Program-made: the position numbers and the translations under genes | The notes under the pieces: generated by a model | Databases searched by the model: none | The model's input: the letters and a program-made list of their open reading frames with translations, nothing else | What the model was told of the DNA's origin: nothing | Sequence record: EF517033.1 | Direction: 5' to 3' (one strand) | DNA: 564 nucleotides | Source of the DNA: a phage | Shown here: in pieces, positions 1 to 564 of the stretch | Numbering within the stretch: position 1 is the stretch's first letter | How the letters are laid out: every line of letters begins with the position of its first letter

Positions 1-564
1 CTGGGAAAAAGAAAACCCGCCAATACAAGCAACTGGGTGTATAACTTGCTTAGAGAAAGATGATCGTTATCCACACACCTGTAACAAAGGAGCTAACGAT
101 ATGACCGAACGTGAACAAGAGATGATCATTAAGTTGATAGACAATAATGAAGGTCGCCCAGATGATTTGAATGGCTGCGGTATTCTCTGCTCCAATGTCC
201 CTTGCCACCTCTGCCCCGCAAATAACGATCAAAAGATAACCTTAGGTGAAATCCGAGCGATGGACCCACGTAAACCACATCTGAATAAACCTGAGGTAAC
301 TCCTACAGATGATCAACCTTCCGCTGAGACAATCGAAGGTGTCACTAAGCCTTCCCACTACATGCTGTTTGACGACATTGAGGCTATCGAAGTGATTGCT
401 CGTTCAATGACCGTTGAGCAGTTCAAGGGATACTGCTTCGGTAACATCTTAAAGTACAGACTACGTGCTGGTAAGAAGTCAGAGTTAGCGTACTTAGAGA
501 AAGACCTAGCGAAAGCAGATTTCTATAAAGAACTCTTTGAGAAACATAAGGATAAATGTTATGC
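1..564 (+). CDS. 1.7: Partial CDS, truncated at both ends, reading frame 2 (first complete codon 2-4, last complete codon 560-562). Likely product: phage T7-type gene 1.7 nucleotide kinase (dGMP/dTMP kinase) with a DUF3310/SaV-like C-terminal domain.
   Basis: Seen in sequence: 187 consecutive sense codons with no stop in + frame 2, while every other frame has stops. Codon usage and amino-acid composition look like a real protein, with a Cys-rich N-terminal part, a Pro/Thr/acidic linker and a C-terminal KPSHY...GNILKYRLRAGKK...DLAKADFY block. Recollection, unverified: the translation matches residues about 9-195 of the 196-aa T7 gp1.7, and the C-terminal block matches the DUF3310 family. The ORF track omitted it because neither a start nor a stop of this frame is inside the window. 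Confidence 0.85.
86..103 (+). promoter_or_regulatory. Internal ribosome-binding site (AAAGGAG, 86-92) plus in-frame ATG (101-103): a likely internal translation start giving a shorter N-terminally truncated isoform of the same protein.
   Basis: Seen in sequence: a near-perfect Shine-Dalgarno AAAGGAG lies 8 nt upstream of an ATG that is in the same frame as the long ORF. Recollection: T7 gp1.7 has been reported to be made in two sizes because of an internal ribosome-binding site. Confidence 0.6.
548..563 (+). promoter_or_regulatory. Putative ribosome-binding site (AAGGA, 548-552) plus ATG (561-563) in + frame 3: probable start of the next gene, overlapping the last codons of the gene 1.7-like CDS. 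Only ATG plus one nucleotide is inside the window.
   Basis: Seen in sequence: AAGGA lies 8 nt upstream of an ATG in a different frame from the main ORF, at the very 3' edge. Recollection: in T7 the gene 1.8 start overlaps the gene 1.7 end by about 8 nt, which is the geometry this ATG would give if gene 1.7 ends two codons past the window. Confidence 0.4.

Noticed and set aside
5-15. A-rich run (GAAAAAGAAAA) as a programmed frameshift slippery site
   Set aside because: The A-run is not positioned as an X-XXY-YYZ heptamer relative to the frame-2 codons, there is no obvious downstream stimulatory hairpin, and the alternative frames hit stops quickly. It is simply Glu-Lys-Glu-Asn codons.
50-232. 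Minus-strand 60-aa ORF from the supplied ORF track
   Set aside because: It lies entirely antisense to a 187-codon stop-free + strand frame with a recognisable protein product. It has no convincing ribosome-binding site context and a hydrophobic, low-information translation typical of a shadow ORF.
464-481. RAGKKS as a Walker A/P-loop nucleotide-binding motif
   Set aside because: It does not fit G-x4-GK[ST]: there is no Gly five residues upstream and the residue after GK is K, not S/T. It is more likely a basic patch within the DUF3310-like core.
1-564. An exciting, previously undescribed system (defence island, toxin-antitoxin, CRISPR, mobile element)
   Set aside because: The whole window is the interior of one phage gene of a type I recognise. 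There are no repeats, no inverted terminal repeats, no second complete gene and no RNA-gene-like structure. The sequence does not support a novel-system call.
1-564. T7 RNA polymerase promoter or E. coli sigma70 promoter within the window
   Set aside because: There is no match to the T7 promoter core (TAATACGACTCACTATAG) on either strand and no convincing -35/-10 pair with proper spacing. AT-rich hexamers that occur are explained by coding sequence.
1-564. Rho-independent terminator or other stable RNA hairpin
   Set aside because: I found no GC-rich inverted repeat followed by a T-run by eye. The window is uniformly coding.

Overview
The whole 564-bp window lies inside one protein-coding gene on the + strand. 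Reading frame 2 (codons 2-4, 5-7, ... 560-562) has no stop codon anywhere in the window, so the gene is cut off at both ends; the supplied ORF track misses it for that reason. The translation is WEKENPPIQATGCITCLEKDDRYPHTCNKGANDMTEREQEMIIKLIDNNEGRPDDLNGCGILCSNVPCHLCPANNDQKITLGEIRAMDPRKPHLNKPEVTPTDDQPSAETIEGVTKPSHYMLFDDIEAIEVIARSMTVEQFKGYCFGNILKYRLRAGKKSELAYLEKDLAKADFYKELFEKHKDKCY. From memory, not a database search, I recognise this as gene 1.7 of coliphage T7 or a very close relative: the atypical dGMP/dTMP nucleotide kinase with a DUF3310/SaV-like C-terminal domain. Inside the gene there is a strong in-frame Shine-Dalgarno plus ATG (86-103), and at the 3' edge a second Shine-Dalgarno plus ATG (548-563) in another frame that looks like the overlapping start of the next gene. 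I see no evidence of a novel or undescribed system: no RNA genes, repeats, CRISPR, mobile-element ends, promoters or terminators. The points worth a second look are internal to this one gene: two isoforms, a Cys/His cluster that only the long isoform would carry in full, and a local GATC cluster.
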